32,000 nt of DNA from Wallemia ichthyophaga EXF-994 (Eukaryota > Fungi > Basidiomycota), in contig NW_008806278.1 of NCBI RefSeq assembly GCF_000400465.1, forward strand, positions 110,582 to 142,581, written 5' to 3'. A program made the translations under genes and the position numbers. Position 1 is the stretch's first letter. Each line of letters starts with the position of its first letter. The notes under the pieces were generated by a model. The model did not search any database. It saw nothing but the letters and a program-made list of their open reading frames with translations, and was not told the origin of the DNA. Shown piece by piece: positions 1 to 12,892 of this stretch.

Positions 1-23
1 TAGCATCAGCGTTCAATTTGGCT

Positions 24-2490
24 ATGGAGCAAAGACAGCAGCAGAATCAGAACCAGTACAGAAGACACACGAGATCGCGTTCTAAGTCTGTCATTTCCGA
101 GGACTCGCAGCCATCCGTCAAAGAGAGCCATTTAATTCTGTCTACCCAGAACAGGCAGCCCTCCGAATCCGATCTCAGCGACAGCTACGACTATCAGCCC
201 GAAGACCAGATCGTCAGAGATCTCGAGCAGCGCGATCAGCAGCGCAAGAAGAAAGGTCAGTGGTTGGCTGATAAACTTCCCCAATACTCGCCCTCTGATA
301 ATTCAATCACCCCGAGCTCGAATAAGGAAAACGCTCAGACCCCTTTAGGCTCGAACAACTCCCAATCAAAGTCGTTTCAGGGGCCAGATAGTGTTTTGGG
401 TAAGAGGGTTAGAAGGCGTTCGCGCCATTTGGATAATGATCAAGACCAAGACGACGAGGAAGAAGACTTCTACCAACCTCGTGAAGAAGACAGCGGCGAC
501 GATCACATTCTCTCAGACGAAGGCAAAGACAGATCCAAGAAATGGCCCAAGTCTCGTCTGCAATTTAAAACCGTCGTCGATGGCAAATCAAACAAAAGAA
601 AAAAGTCGAGGAAGTCTAGAGGCTCAAATGCTTCAGATGTCGCGAGCGAAATATCTCTAGACTATAGAGAATCGAGCGCTTCGAATGACCATAAACCTTC
701 CGAATCGCTAGACGATCAATCTGTTTCTGTGCAGGATGATTACAGTGTAGATATTCTCCCACCAGACGACAATTTTAGCGCCCCTCCTCCTCCTCCTCCG
801 CCAGCGCCAAAACCAACTCAGCTTCCGAAATCTTTAAAAGCGACTGAACCTCTTCGTGCCCCTGCGATGCCGCCTCCTCCACTACCAAAAGCTGCTTCAC
901 CAAAGAAGCAGCCTACTCGCAGACTAGCCTCACCTCCAAAATCTAATATACCACCACATACACCGAAGAAATCACTGCTACAAATTCTCGCGCTTACAGC
1001 TTACGTCCCTGTAGTAGCTGCTAAAATATTCGCCAAAAACATAACCAACCACAAGAAATCGGTCGGTGTACTGCTCCTAGCAGCTGCATTGATTGTGGTG
1101 TCTAGATCTAGCGATGCTTCTATATCCAACTACATACCCAGTGTCAATCTAGGCGGCTCTTCGGAACCAATCGACGTCTCAGTCAAAGACTTCCAGAAGC
1201 TGTCGAGAGGTACCCAGAACCTGCAGCATATGATTGAGACCTTGAACAAAGATATGCAGCAGGTGAAGACGCGCGTCAAATATGGCGAGGATGCCCATGT
1301 GCAGATGCAATCGATACAAAACAAACTTGACGACATCACCAATACCCAATTAACTGAGTTGCAAGTCAGCAGGATCGTTGAGAAGCTCCTGCCTCACAGA
1401 TTGCTTGTGAGAAAGTCACCAACAGGGGAAGCAATAATCGACGATGCATTTTGGAAGGCTCTAAGGAGCGTGTTTGAAACCCAAAACACCATCTCGAATC
1501 CGAACTGGGATGAGTTCATCCGTGAAAACTCCGATAAGCTCAAACAATGGTTATATAGCGAAGGTGGCGTGGATGAGCAGGTAGTGAATAAATTAGAGTT
1601 TATGAATTTAGTGGATGAACGTGTCAGATCTTTTGTTAGCAACGCGTCATCCAAGAAGAGCGGTTTGAATTCATGGTTCAGGGGTGGAGGATCGATGCCA
1701 TCTTCCGAAGAGCTGCAAAACACGGTCAGCGATATTGTCGAATCCTCCTTGCGGCGCTACAGTGCAGATACCATTGGTAAAACTGATTATGCACTCTTTA
1801 CAGCTGGTGCCAGAGTGATACCGTCTCAAACATCACCAACGTACTCAATTACGCCTGTGAGCTTTGTGAGGAAAGTGTTGGGTAAGATGCTCGGCAGTGG
1901 TACCAGAGCGTATGGTCGTCCACCTGTCACTGCTCTTCATCCAGACACCAATGTTGGAATGTGCTGGTCGTTCCATGGCTCAGCTGGAGCGATAGGTGTC
2001 AAGCTGGCAAGACCGGCTGTACCCATTTCTGGATACACAATTGACCACGCGTCTCCTTTGCTCGTTCAAGATCGCTCGTCGGCGCCACAAACAGTCGAAT
2101 TGTGGGGAATATCCGATGACCAGAATCAGATTGAGAAAATCAAGGAAATCAACGAAGAGGTTATCGAGGAAATCAGTCGGGAGTATTCTGTTAATGAAGC
2201 TGCACCAGCTGGAAACTCAGCTTTGCTTGCTGTCGACACGTACGACCTCAACAAACATCACATACAAACGTTCGAAGTTAGAAATATTGTCAAAGAAATG
2301 GACTTCCGCGCTGATGCTGTTGTTTTGAGAGTTAATGATAATCACGGTAATAAGCATCATACGTGTTTATGTGAGTGTGGTTTCTCTTCAGTAGTATCAG
2401 CGTTAATAAACTCTCGCAGATCGCTTAAGAGTTCATTCTACTGATGACGGAAGAAGTGTATTAGACGATGATAACATCGATCAGTCGTAA
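24..2490 (+). CDS. SUN-domain (Sad1/UNC-84-like) inner nuclear membrane / spindle pole body protein, ~805 aa
   Basis: ATG at 24 (the ORF-track start at 18 is TTG). Exons 24-2370 and 2420-2490. The 49-nt intron 2371-2419 (GTGAGT..CAG) restores the SUN C-terminal motif TCLYRLRVH. Architecture: low-complexity and Pro-rich N-terminus, hydrophobic segment VGVLLLAAALIVVS, coiled coil, then SUN motifs DYALFTAGARVI, GMCWSFHGS, TIDH, SSAP. Confidence 0.9.
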
Positions 2491-2673
2491 CGCCACGATT
2501 GATACCAGGTACTCAATACGGGTAGTTATGCACAAAACAAATGTACAAATGTGGGTGTTCTTTTTGCTCTTAGCTAAGTTGACGTCTTGAATAGACCAAG
2601 ATAGATGTGTTAAATATTCGGCGTGGCACTTTCTCAAGTAATCTGTAAATGAATTGTTGATACATGGTTATGT

Positions 2674-4754
2674 CTATAATAATTGCGATGGTGTGAACAC
2701 ACTCAAGGCCATTTGTGATTCTTGGCCATCTTTGTCGACTATCGCATCGACCGGTACATATGTCACATTAGTGGAAACGGCTGTTTGGACTTTATCATGG
2801 TGTTAACGAGTTTCTCCAAGCAATCGCATACTCACCTTTGTCGAAAGTTATGGCTGATGAATAATATAACGTGCAAGCAAGAGCTCTTTCGAGTGTCCCT
2901 TTCGAGTACCCCTCATCAAAGAACTCAAACGATTGCAGTCCATCGTGGGATTGTGCAAGGTGCTTACGAACGATACCCTCGTCTTTGTAAAAGACATCTA
3001 AGGTTTCCTCTTTTCTTGCACTCTCATCATCGCTATCGTAATCGGTTTGCAGTTGACGATCATTGTACACAAATTGCCATTCGACAGCCGCATCTTTTGG
3101 TAATTGAGAGACCGCAACATAAATTTGAGCAGGCTCGTGTGTTTCTATACTCAAAAAATCTTCTGAACGCTCCGATGTTGCAACGACAGCTTGGCGTAAA
3201 ACGCGGCGGCAGATGTTGATATAATCCTTTGAAGAGACATAGCAGATGACGCTCTCGGGACGCATAAGCAGTTCGCCATGAGGTATATAAGATGGCGCTT
3301 GTCCCTCTGCCACTTTTCTTGCATGCTGCAAGGAAAGTATTGCCTGTTGGACAACGCCCCCCTCTACCAAAGACAACGTTGACGGCTTGAGTGCTATTTG
3401 ACCAGAAATGAAATGTCGGTTGTTGATCGATAAGCACTGGCTGTATGGTCCTATGTTTGCAGGTGCCCAGTATGATAGCCCACGTACATGGAGTGCACTT
3501 CTTGACTGGTCAGTGCTAGCCAGTATCGACATGCTGACTTTGTAGCCATCGCCTAGTGCGGTAGCCACACAAGCTCGCGCTGGTGGTCCACTACGTGTAA
3601 AGTATGCAGCGTAGGTTTTGTTTAGACTTTCAAAATCATTCATGTCGGCTATGTAAACGGATATGAAGATGACGTGCTTATCAAGTTGTAGGTTTTTAGA
3701 TTGCAGATGTACGCTTGCTTGTTGCAAGATATCTCTCGTTTGCTCTGCAGTTCCAGCTGTGCTATTGGTTGGATAGAGGTTGGATAAGCTATACCACTTA
3801 GATGTCTCCTTCATTGTAGCCCTTGGTTGGACTTCTTGATCTCTTTGCCGCCGAGAATCTACAACAGGACTGCTTGTAGAAGCGTTGAGATTGCTAAGTT
3901 GTATTTCTTGTGATATATCATCATACAACTCAGGCTGGACAAGTATTTGAAGGTCATTGCCTTCTTTTGGCTCAAGATGAGCTTTCTTGATACGCAAATA
4001 TGCTACAGGTGCCGTAGGAGAAGGATCGTGATAGACAATCTCGGTCTCGTCTCTTTGCCATGTCAAGTTACCATCGTCGCCGGGAAAAGCAAACTCACAG
4101 GACGATCCTCTGCTTGTACAAGGGGCTGTCTAGCGTGACAGTCTCAAACTCGCCACCCTCGCCGCAGACATGGGCACCGTATAGATTATGCAGCTTGTCG
4201 AGTGTTGGTCTGAGCTGTGCCAATGATTTACCCAGATGACGGTCTGGATCGAGACCAGCGCCGGCAACCTTAATTATAATCGAGGTCTGCTGAGCTGCTA
4301 CCATTTCATCCAGCAGCTTATCTTGCGGTCTCCTCCAAAGATAAGCCAGGACAGTCAAACCAAGTCTACTGCAGACGTGCTCGACGCGCACACGCTGGTA
4401 ATTAGACAGAATAGCGCCAACGCTCACACCCTGCAAATCTGCGTACTTTTCCTTGACTGATTTGAGGAGCTTGTAGAGATCTTCAGTTTCGTCATTTAGA
4501 GTCTCTTCGTAGCTGCTGGACTGGTTGATCGGAGTGCCCTTAATAACACCCTCAAAGAGCTCTACGCCGAGAGACTGCGCTATAAGCGGCAGAATAGACA
4601 ATCCAACTGTTTGGAACATGTAGCTGTCCATCTCCTCATACGCGTCGCCATTCTTCAAGTTTGCGACTGCGACGAGATGATGGCTGTTCTGCTGACAGTG
4701 CAGGAGATTAAAAATTGAGTCCTTACCACCTGAAATAAGCCCGACGTATTTCAT
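2674..4754 (-). CDS. DPH6: Diphthine--ammonia ligase with C-terminal RidA/YjgF-like domains, ~662 aa
   Basis: Exons 4754-4099, 4052-2836, 2789-2674; introns 4098-4053 and 2835-2790 (46 nt each, GTGAGT..AAG; an in-frame acceptor 9 nt further downstream is possible for intron 2). Motifs: N-terminal MKYVGLISGGKDS PP-loop, DSYMFQTVG, SNYQRVRVE, CGEGGEFET; RidA-like PPARACV and SYWAPANIGPYSQ. Confidence 0.93.
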
Positions 4755-4769
4755 TCTCTGATCGACGCA

Positions 4770-6509
4770 ATGAGAACGTTTACTCGAAAAGCAATCGCAC
4801 AGCATATTTTACAAGGTCAAATTCTGGTGATATTCGATAACAAGGTGCTGCGTTTGAACAGCTGGCTCGATACACACCCCGGCGGTGATCTCGCCATCCT
4901 CCACTTTGTCGGCAGGGACGCTACCGATGAAATCTCAGCTTATCATGATGACAATACGATAAATACCCTTCTGCCGAGATTTATTGTGGGTGAAGTGGAT
5001 AAAAGGGATACTGAGCCATTTTACCCGCTCACTCCGCCAGTTCAGCTTGGCTGGAGATGCGATAAAGTCGAAGGCGATACCACGCAGGCTTTCGATAAAT
5101 TTAAGCATGCTGAAGTGGACAACGACCGCGTCGCAGTTACGCCCAGCCTCCCAAAATCTAAGTTTGCTTCTATTCCGCTCACAGTCCAAGAGCTGGAGCC
5201 ACCAAGACCGTCAGACCCTAATCTGGATGCCCGGAGGCAGCACGAGATCTCTCGGCGCTACCACAAGCTCCACGATCAAGTCAAACGTCGCGGCTTATAC
5301 ACAATACAGCCCGACGCTTATCTGTACGAGTGCATACGATATGCCTCTCTCTTGGTGATCTTTGCATGGCTGTACTTCAAGATGGACTGCAAGGTCCTAT
5401 CAGCGATACCCTTAGGAGTCTTCTGGCACCAGATCACGTTTGTTGTCCATGATGCCGGTCATTGCGAGATATGGGGATCACAGAAAACGGACAAAACTCT
5501 GGCGTGCTTTATAGCTTCGTATATTGGAGGACTGAGCGCGAATTGGTGGTGTGATGTGAGTATTTTGAACCTTATCGGGATTTAATTAACTTAGATAATC
5601 AGAATCACGACATTCATCACAGTGAGTTGAGTTGGATTGGTGGCTGACATGCTCACAAACAATCGCAGTCGTTACGAACCATCCCGAACACGACCCTGAT
5701 ATTCAGCACATACCATTCTTTGCTATCTCAACCAAGTTTTTCAACTCAATGTGGAGCACGTACTACAGGCGAGTGATGGAGTTTGATGCATTCGCCAAGC
5801 TGGTTTTACCAATTCAGTGGGTTACAATATCCTATTGATTCTCCTCTAACAACAGCTCAGACACAACCTATACTATATTGTCATGTCAGTAGCACGCTTC
5901 AATCTTTTTGCCTTGTCGTACGCCTACCTTCTAACCAAGTCTCGAAACGACTGGTATAGAAATTTCGAGATCGTTGGCGTCAGTGTGTTCTGGACTTGGT
6001 ATGGAGGTCTCATCAGTCACATACCCTCACATTGGGGAAAAATTGGCTTCTTGTTATTGAGCAATATTGCTGCATCACCGGTACACGTCCAGGTGAGTAT
6101 CTACTTTCAATCTCGATCCAGCTAAAACTCGCTACAGATTGTGTTGTCACACTTCGCGAGATCGACGGATGACCTCGGATTGACAGAATCGTTCCCACAT
6201 AGACAATTGCGTACTACAATGGACGTTGCGTGTCCTTGGTATCTGGACTTTTTGCATGGAGGACTACACATGCAAGTCTCACACCATCTTTTCCCCCGCA
6301 TACCGCGCCACAACCTCCGTGCAGCGCGCGATATGGTAGCGAAGTTTGCGTCTGAAAATGATTTAGAGTACGCAGAGTATGGATTTGTTGCCGGCAATGG
6401 ACAGGTGCTTGATGTACTTCGAAATGTCGGCGAACAAGTAAAATTCATGTCTAAAGTGGCAGCGAGCGAGGCGTCACGAAAAGAACACCACACTTCAATT
6501 GTACAGTAA
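4770..6509 (+). CDS. Cytochrome b5-fused front-end desaturase, most like fungal sphingolipid Delta8-desaturase, ~518 aa
   Basis: Exons 4770-5555, 5603-5621, 5669-5816, 5861-6092, 6138-6509; introns of 47, 47, 44 and 45 nt. HPGG heme motif plus three His boxes HDAGH, HDIHH (encoded by the 19-nt exon) and QVSHHLFP. NHPEHDPDIQH is typical of SLD-type enzymes. Confidence 0.9.
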
Positions 6510-6600
6510 TTTAGATTAATTTAGACGGATTTTAAGATATAATTCGCGTTATCCTCCTTGGACATTGACTTTGAGCGCGTCTACACGCAGATAAGAGATA

Positions 6601-9600
6601 ATGCCACCAAAAACGCCATCGAGCTCGCAGTCTATGAAGCAGGGCAGCCTGTTCTCCGCTGGGTTCTTTAAGAAGACTCCCACTTCCTCTGCGCCGCCAT
6701 CTTCATCGCCAATGCATCCACCGTCCTCAACAAAGAGAGATGCCATCAAACCAAGTGGGTCTTTCGTGGTAGTGCAGCGATCTCACTGACGCAACAAGAC
6801 ACAGGTAACTCCTCCCCTCTTGCGCCTCAGTCAGCCGTTCAACACAAGAAAGCAAAAGCAGCTCCAATGTCCCCTTTGAACGAGAGCGCGCATTTAAATA
6901 GTGATGAAGATGAGGAGAACCAGCAGCCAAAGCGTGCAATAAAGAAGCGTAAGCCGATGGTGATCTCATCTGAAGAAGACGAGCCAGAACAGCCCAAACA
7001 AAGGCTCAAGAAGAGAAAGGAAAGCAACGACGACGATTTCATTGATGATGGCCCTATCGAAATGGATGAGGATGTCGACACCACGCGTAATAACCTGGGT
7101 GTTGAAGACTCTGACGACTTGATCGAGGAGCTGGACTTAGACGCTTTCGAGAAGGCAAAGCCAGCCGCAAAGCAAGCTGCAAAGAAACCGCTAGCTACTA
7201 CATCCAAGCCTGTCACAGAGACACCTAAACGTCAAAGTTCTGGTGAAAACAAATCACTCCTGACGAAAGCTGAACGTCAAGCACAACAGACTAAGGCTGC
7301 AAAGAAGGATTCAGACTCTCCATTCATGTTCTTACACCCTCCACGCGACAAATACCAAAACCCAATTGGCCATCCAGACTACGATCCTCACACTCTTTAC
7401 ATCCCGCCAAAATTCTGGAGCGAGTTTTCTCCATTTGAAAAGCAGTTTTGGGAAATCAAGTCTGACCACTTTGACACAATCCTCTTCTTCCAGAAAGGCA
7501 AGTTCTACGAGCTCTACGAGAACGATGCGATCATTGGACACCGCGAATTCGATCTCAAGCTGACTGAACGCGTGAGAATGTGCATGGTCGGTGTACCGGA
7601 GATGTCGTTTGATTTATTCGCGGCCAAGTTCCTAGCACTAGGTTATAAAGTTGGAAAGGTAGAGCAACGCGAGACTGCAATTGGCATGGATATGCGCAAC
7701 AAGGCAGATAAAAAGCCAGCAGGAGCGGCAGCAAAGGGATCTAAATCTGATGATAAGCTTGTGCGTCGTGAATTACGCTCTGTGTTGACAAATGGTACTC
7801 TTGTGGATCCGAAAATGCTTGCAGACGAAGCAGCTTCACATTGTGTATCAATCAAAGAGAATAGTAACAGTCTGGCAAGTAACGTACCTTCCTTTGGACT
7901 ATGCATTCTTGACGCTAGTACTGGTGAATTCAACCTCGCTACTTTCGAAGATGACAAGTCGAGATCAAAATTAGAGACCCTGATTAGACAGCTGCGTCCC
8001 AAGGAAATTGTTCATGAGAAAGGTAATCTGGATCAGCTCACTTTGCGTGTACTGAGGAACATTACGTCAATTTCATGCCTATGGACACCCCTCAACACAG
8101 GGAAAGAAGGAATGGATGCAATTGAAACTATAACAGAGCTTAAAACGCTATTCAAAAAGGGTGTCGAGGATATTGAAAGAGTCAAGCTGCCAGATGCAGT
8201 GGAAAGTATCGTCGAGAATACCGAAGCCATCGAATCGTTAGGAAACCTGATGTGGTATCTTCGATCACTCAACCTTGATCGTGATTTGCTGTCTCTTGGG
8301 AATTTCAACATATATGATGCCACACGTGAAGGTCAAGCTATGATCTTAGACGGTAGAACGCTGGCACATATAGAAGTTCTCGTCAATAGTGAAGGTAACG
8401 AGGACGACACTCTACTTAAGCTGCTCAACAGATGTGTTACTCCATTTGGTAAACGTCTTTTCAGGATATGGTTGTGTACTCCTCTGCGCTCGTCAAAGGC
8501 GATTAACGAGCGTTTAAACGCCGTTGACGATATTATATCCAATCCAGGTTTTACATATGAATTTGACAGTAACGTCAAAGGATTACCAGATCTCGAAAGA
8601 CTACTGTCCAGAATCCATGCTATGTCAGTGAGACCTAAGCAGTTTATACAAGTGCTAGGTGCATTCAACAAGATTCAACAAGTCTTCGAAAAGCTAGAAG
8701 ATGAAGCAAAGGAATTCGATTCGCAATCTCTCCGAGCAACGCTGAAATCCATACCCGATTTGAGAGATTATATATCAAATATTGAATCCAAGTTCGATTT
8801 GACTGAGGGTGAGACGCTGATGCCATGCGATGGTGCAGATGAAGCTTACGAGGAGGCGAAGAAGCTAAACGAAGAGCTAGAGGAAGAGCTCGACGAGATA
8901 CTTAACAAGTACAGACGTGAATACAAGACGAAGGGCATAAACTACAAAGATGTGGGAACGAAAGAGATATACTCGATTGAGATGCCAAAAAAGACATCGG
9001 TGCCTGCCAATTGGACGAAGATGTCCTCGACGCAGAAGGTAGACAGATACTGGTCACCAGAAGTTCGTCAGCTCGTACAGAAAGTAAAGGAAGCGCGTGA
9101 AACACGCACAACTGCTCTGGACGACTTTGCTAAGAAGCTCTATGTCGCTTTCGATGCTGATTACAAGACATGGATTGCAGCAGTCAAGGCGTGTGCTGAG
9201 ATTGATTGCATCAACTCGCTAGCCAAATCTTCAATTAACATGGAAGAGCCCAGATGCAGACCGAATATCATTGAGTCTAATGAAGCTGTATTGGAATTTG
9301 AACAGCTCCGCCATCCGTCTATGGCATTGAGGAGGGACTTCGTGGCAAATGATGTCAGATTGGGTGGTAAGGATGAGGGAACTATGCTGTTGACTGGTCC
9401 TAACATGGCGGGTAAATCCACTCTTCTTCGTATGACTGCTGCTGCAGTTATTATGGCGCAGATTGGCTGTTACGTGCCTGCTGAAAGCGCCACTATTGCC
9501 CCTGTTGATAGAATTGCTAGTAGACTTGGTGCCTATGACAACATGTTTAGTAACTCGTCGACATTTATGGTCGAATTGGCGGAAACGTGGGTATACGAGA

Positions 9601-10215
9601 AAATGATTTTAGAAGTTCTGACGCAGCGCACAGCTCGAAGATAATCAACGAGACTACGCCGAAGAGCTTGCTTATTTTAGATGAGCTGGGAGTGGGTCGC
9701 GCTGTGAGACATTTTTATCGACTAACGCCGCCCAATAGAGGGGTACTTCTACGACTCAAGGTATTGCCATTGCTAGTGCGGTACTACAGCACATCGCCTC
9801 ATTCTTGGGATGCTGTCTTTTCTCCACCCACTACTCAAGTCTTGGCGACTTTGGATCGACTCACCCAAATATCAAATCATGCCACATGGCTTCCGAGGTG
9901 AATAGTGAAAAGAGGGAAATTAGATTCCTTTACAAGCTCGTAAATGGGGTAGCGCTGGACAGCTATGGACATCATGTTGCCAAATTGGCCGGTGTGCCAC
10001 TGCCTGTAGTCGTACGGGCCGAGCAGGTTGCAACAGAGTACACGGAAGCGAACAAGCTCGAACAGCAGAAAGCAGAAGCTAACAGACACAAGACAATGCC
10101 ACTGGCCTCTCAATCAGACTTTGCAACAGCGATTAGACTCGCCAAAGCAGCAAAGGGGTTGACGTTTAAAGACAGACGAAATCTCAAATTCATAAGCGAA
10201 GCCAACAGTCAGTGA
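6601..10215 (+). CDS. MSH6: DNA mismatch repair protein MutS homolog 6, ~1158 aa
   Basis: Exons 6601-6754, 6799-9586 (alternative in-frame acceptor gives 6805), 9634-9691, 9739-10215; introns 44, 47, 47 nt. YDPHTLYIP, FFQKGKFYELYE mismatch-binding F-x-E motif, Walker A GPNMAGKST, LDELGRGTST, FSTHY. Confidence 0.95.
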
Positions 10216-10354
10216 GATTTCAGCATACCATTCCAGGAAGATCAACAAATTAGCAAAGAAGTCTTGTAATTCTCAGAAGATATAGCAAATTCTTTCCATA
10301 AAAACGACATACAAAAAAAGATAGAAGGATTAGTGGGGTGGTATAGAACTCAGA

Positions 10355-11007
<653 letters not shown>

Positions 11008-11044
11008 TTCGTTAGTGAGCGCACTTATTCAACAATCAACCGAA

Positions 11045-12462
11045 ATGGATCAGGATGAGTTTAAAATTGCGCAAAACAACTCAGATGACAGCGATGAGAA
11101 TGATAGCGCTGAGGATGAAGTACCGGACTATCGCCAGCTGGCCAGCTTCACGAACCGCAAATCAAAAGAGACGTACATTCCGCGCAGAGGTGAAAAGGAG
11201 TTCGAGCCATCTGGATTGAAAATACAACAGAAAGCTCTTGATGAATCTAGAGATGCCATGTTCAACGCTATAGACGGCGTACGCCAGTCGTCAAACAAGA
11301 ACATTAGCATTGGTTTGTGGTCGAATGCACACAGCAGAGCTAGCATAATTATACAGAGAGGCACACATTTCTCTTCTATAGGTCATCCAGTGAGAAATAC
11401 ACCGTCTAAGAGGGAAGGTAATGTTGAGAAGGTGGCTTCGGAGACCAGAATGGAATTGCTCCCAGAGGAGGCGCTCTATATGGTTGAGAGAGGCTCGCTG
11501 TTGTGTTACGAATACGAATGGAGCGACAACAACGACAAGATGCTGAAGCTGTCGACGAATGATAGCGCTGTTGATGAGCGCGTTGCCGGGCTGGCTCCCT
11601 TTTCGGCTCAGCGCGCTTTTGATTGCTGCATTGGCAAAGATGGCCTGACTTTGGAGAAGTACACTGTCTATGCACAGCTCAAAAGACTCGGATACATTGT
11701 TAAGAGAGCTCAACAGCAGCAGATAAAACCTGGAGAGCAGCCTGGATTGCTAGGCAGAATATACAACACTCTAAAAGGCATTGTCAACACCATTTTTTCC
11801 CCTATTGCAAGCTTTGTCAGGCTTTTCAACTTCAGAGTCACAACGTTGCTCGGCTCTCGCTCTAGTTTCCTCCGTCCACATCAAAATTATGGTGAGTTGC
11901 TTTTAGTCTGTCTCATAAGCTAATCAGCCCAATAGACTCGATATTCAAAGCACTAAGGCTGACTCCGTGGGGATACAACGACACGCCAGAAGTAAGCACA
12001 AGACTAAGTGAAGAGCAGCAGCACGAATTTGATGTAACATGGGATATATGGAGACCAAGCTCCAAGTTCAGGAAGAGCGCACCACCACCACCTGATTTCA
12101 GAATCGTAGTTGTCGACACGCACAAGTCATCCCTGCCCAGCTTGGAGCAGTTTGCTCATATATTCAGCCATCAGCCATACTCACAGCCACCACTCACGCG
12201 TAAGCAGAAGCTGGCTAAGGAGAAGGAAGAGAAGAACGGTAAGAAGCCAGAACTTGCAGTATCGGAGATAAGCTGGTTTTCAAGGTGGTGGAATCGCAAG
12301 CAGCTGGCTGCCGACGAGTCTAACAGGAAAAAGAGTCCTGCTGTGATGTTCCCTGCTCTGAAGCACGGAAAGCGTGCCGTTGTATTTGCTATCGTGGACT
12401 CAGGTACAACTTCGTGGATACAGTTTGGCGAGGGGCAATTTGGAGAGTTCCCTTTGTACTAG
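11045..12462 (+). CDS. SEN54: tRNA-splicing endonuclease subunit Sen54-like, ~457 aa
   Basis: First ATG at 11045 (the ORF-track start is GTG). Exons 11045-11891 and 11936-12462; 44-nt intron 11892-11935. Motifs IPRRGEKEFEP, LLPEEALYMVERGSL, YTVYAQLKRLGYIV, KFRKSAPPPPDFRIVV, AIVDSG. Confidence 0.82.
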
Positions 12463-12640
12463 ATGGGGAATTTGGATTTGTTGTATTTATTTGATTGCAT
12501 AGCGATATACACTCGATAAATGTGCCCAAATCGTTCGAAGGAAAAAGGCGGAGTAGCAGCCGAAAGAGGAAGGAGAGTTGGTTGAACGCAGTCGCCAAGC
12601 CCATGCCAGTAGCTGTGAATAACAATTAATTTTCACTGTG

Positions 12641-12664
12641 TAACCCTAATCATAAGCTATAAAT
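12641..12664 (+). promoter_or_regulatory. Telo-box-like TAACCCTAA (12641-12649) plus TATAAAT (12658-12664) upstream of the H/ACA snoRNA
   Basis: Both motifs are read directly, about 30 nt upstream of the first RNA hairpin. Telomere-repeat-like CCCTA elements are known at yeast snoRNA promoters (Tbf1). Function here is inferred. Confidence 0.55.
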
Positions 12665-12695
12665 TTGGCGTCTTCTCGCTCCCTCCTCTTCATCG

Positions 12696-12892
12696 CAGCG
12701 ATGAAGTACTGAGAACGATGCTTGAGCATTGCTTTCAGGACTTTATGGCTGATATAACTGCCATCACACTCTGTGTGTCGCCCATTAGTAGCGGCATTCA
12801 ATTTTCTCGATGGCTAGAGAAACTTCCTCTATACTCAGCGGTCTTTGAGCCACACGGCCAGGATCAAATCGCTCCATTACGAGGATACATAT
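12696..12892 (+). ncRNA. SNR80: Box H/ACA snoRNA, snR80-like (core 12760-12892) with an extra 5' hairpin
   Basis: Hairpin GCCATC/GATGGC (12760-12814), H box AGAGAA (12816-12821), hairpin TCCTC/GAGGA (12825-12885), ACA (12887-12889) plus 3 nt. Pocket 1 (ACACUC / AUUUUCUC) pairs with SSU GAGAAAAU-U-A-GAGUGU (yeast psi759 site). Pocket 2 (UACUCA / UCCAU) pairs with LSU AUGGA-U-U-UGAGUA (yeast psi776 site). These are the two snR80 targets as I recall them. Pocket-to-box distances are 15 and 14 nt. Confidence 0.85.

Noticed and set aside
781-800. CCT trinucleotide run in the SUN gene
   Set aside because: It is an ordinary poly-proline coding tract.
2722-3219. 165-aa plus-strand ORF, and the many antisense ORFs in 27195-31840
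   Set aside because: These are shadows of DPH6, KAP120 and NOP58. High GC3 depletes antisense stop codons.
12641-12649. TAACCCTAA as a telomerase RNA template
   Set aside because: It matches a TTAGGG template, but it lies upstream of a TATA box and of a well-supported snoRNA, the spacer is short, and a 9-mer can occur by chance in 32 kb. A promoter telo-box is the simpler reading.
12766-12808. Complementarity of H/ACA hairpin 2 to U6 snRNA (AAAUUGA and ACAGAG)
   Set aside because: It would leave 5-6 unpaired target bases rather than two. The 14-bp SSU psi759 match fits canonical geometry.
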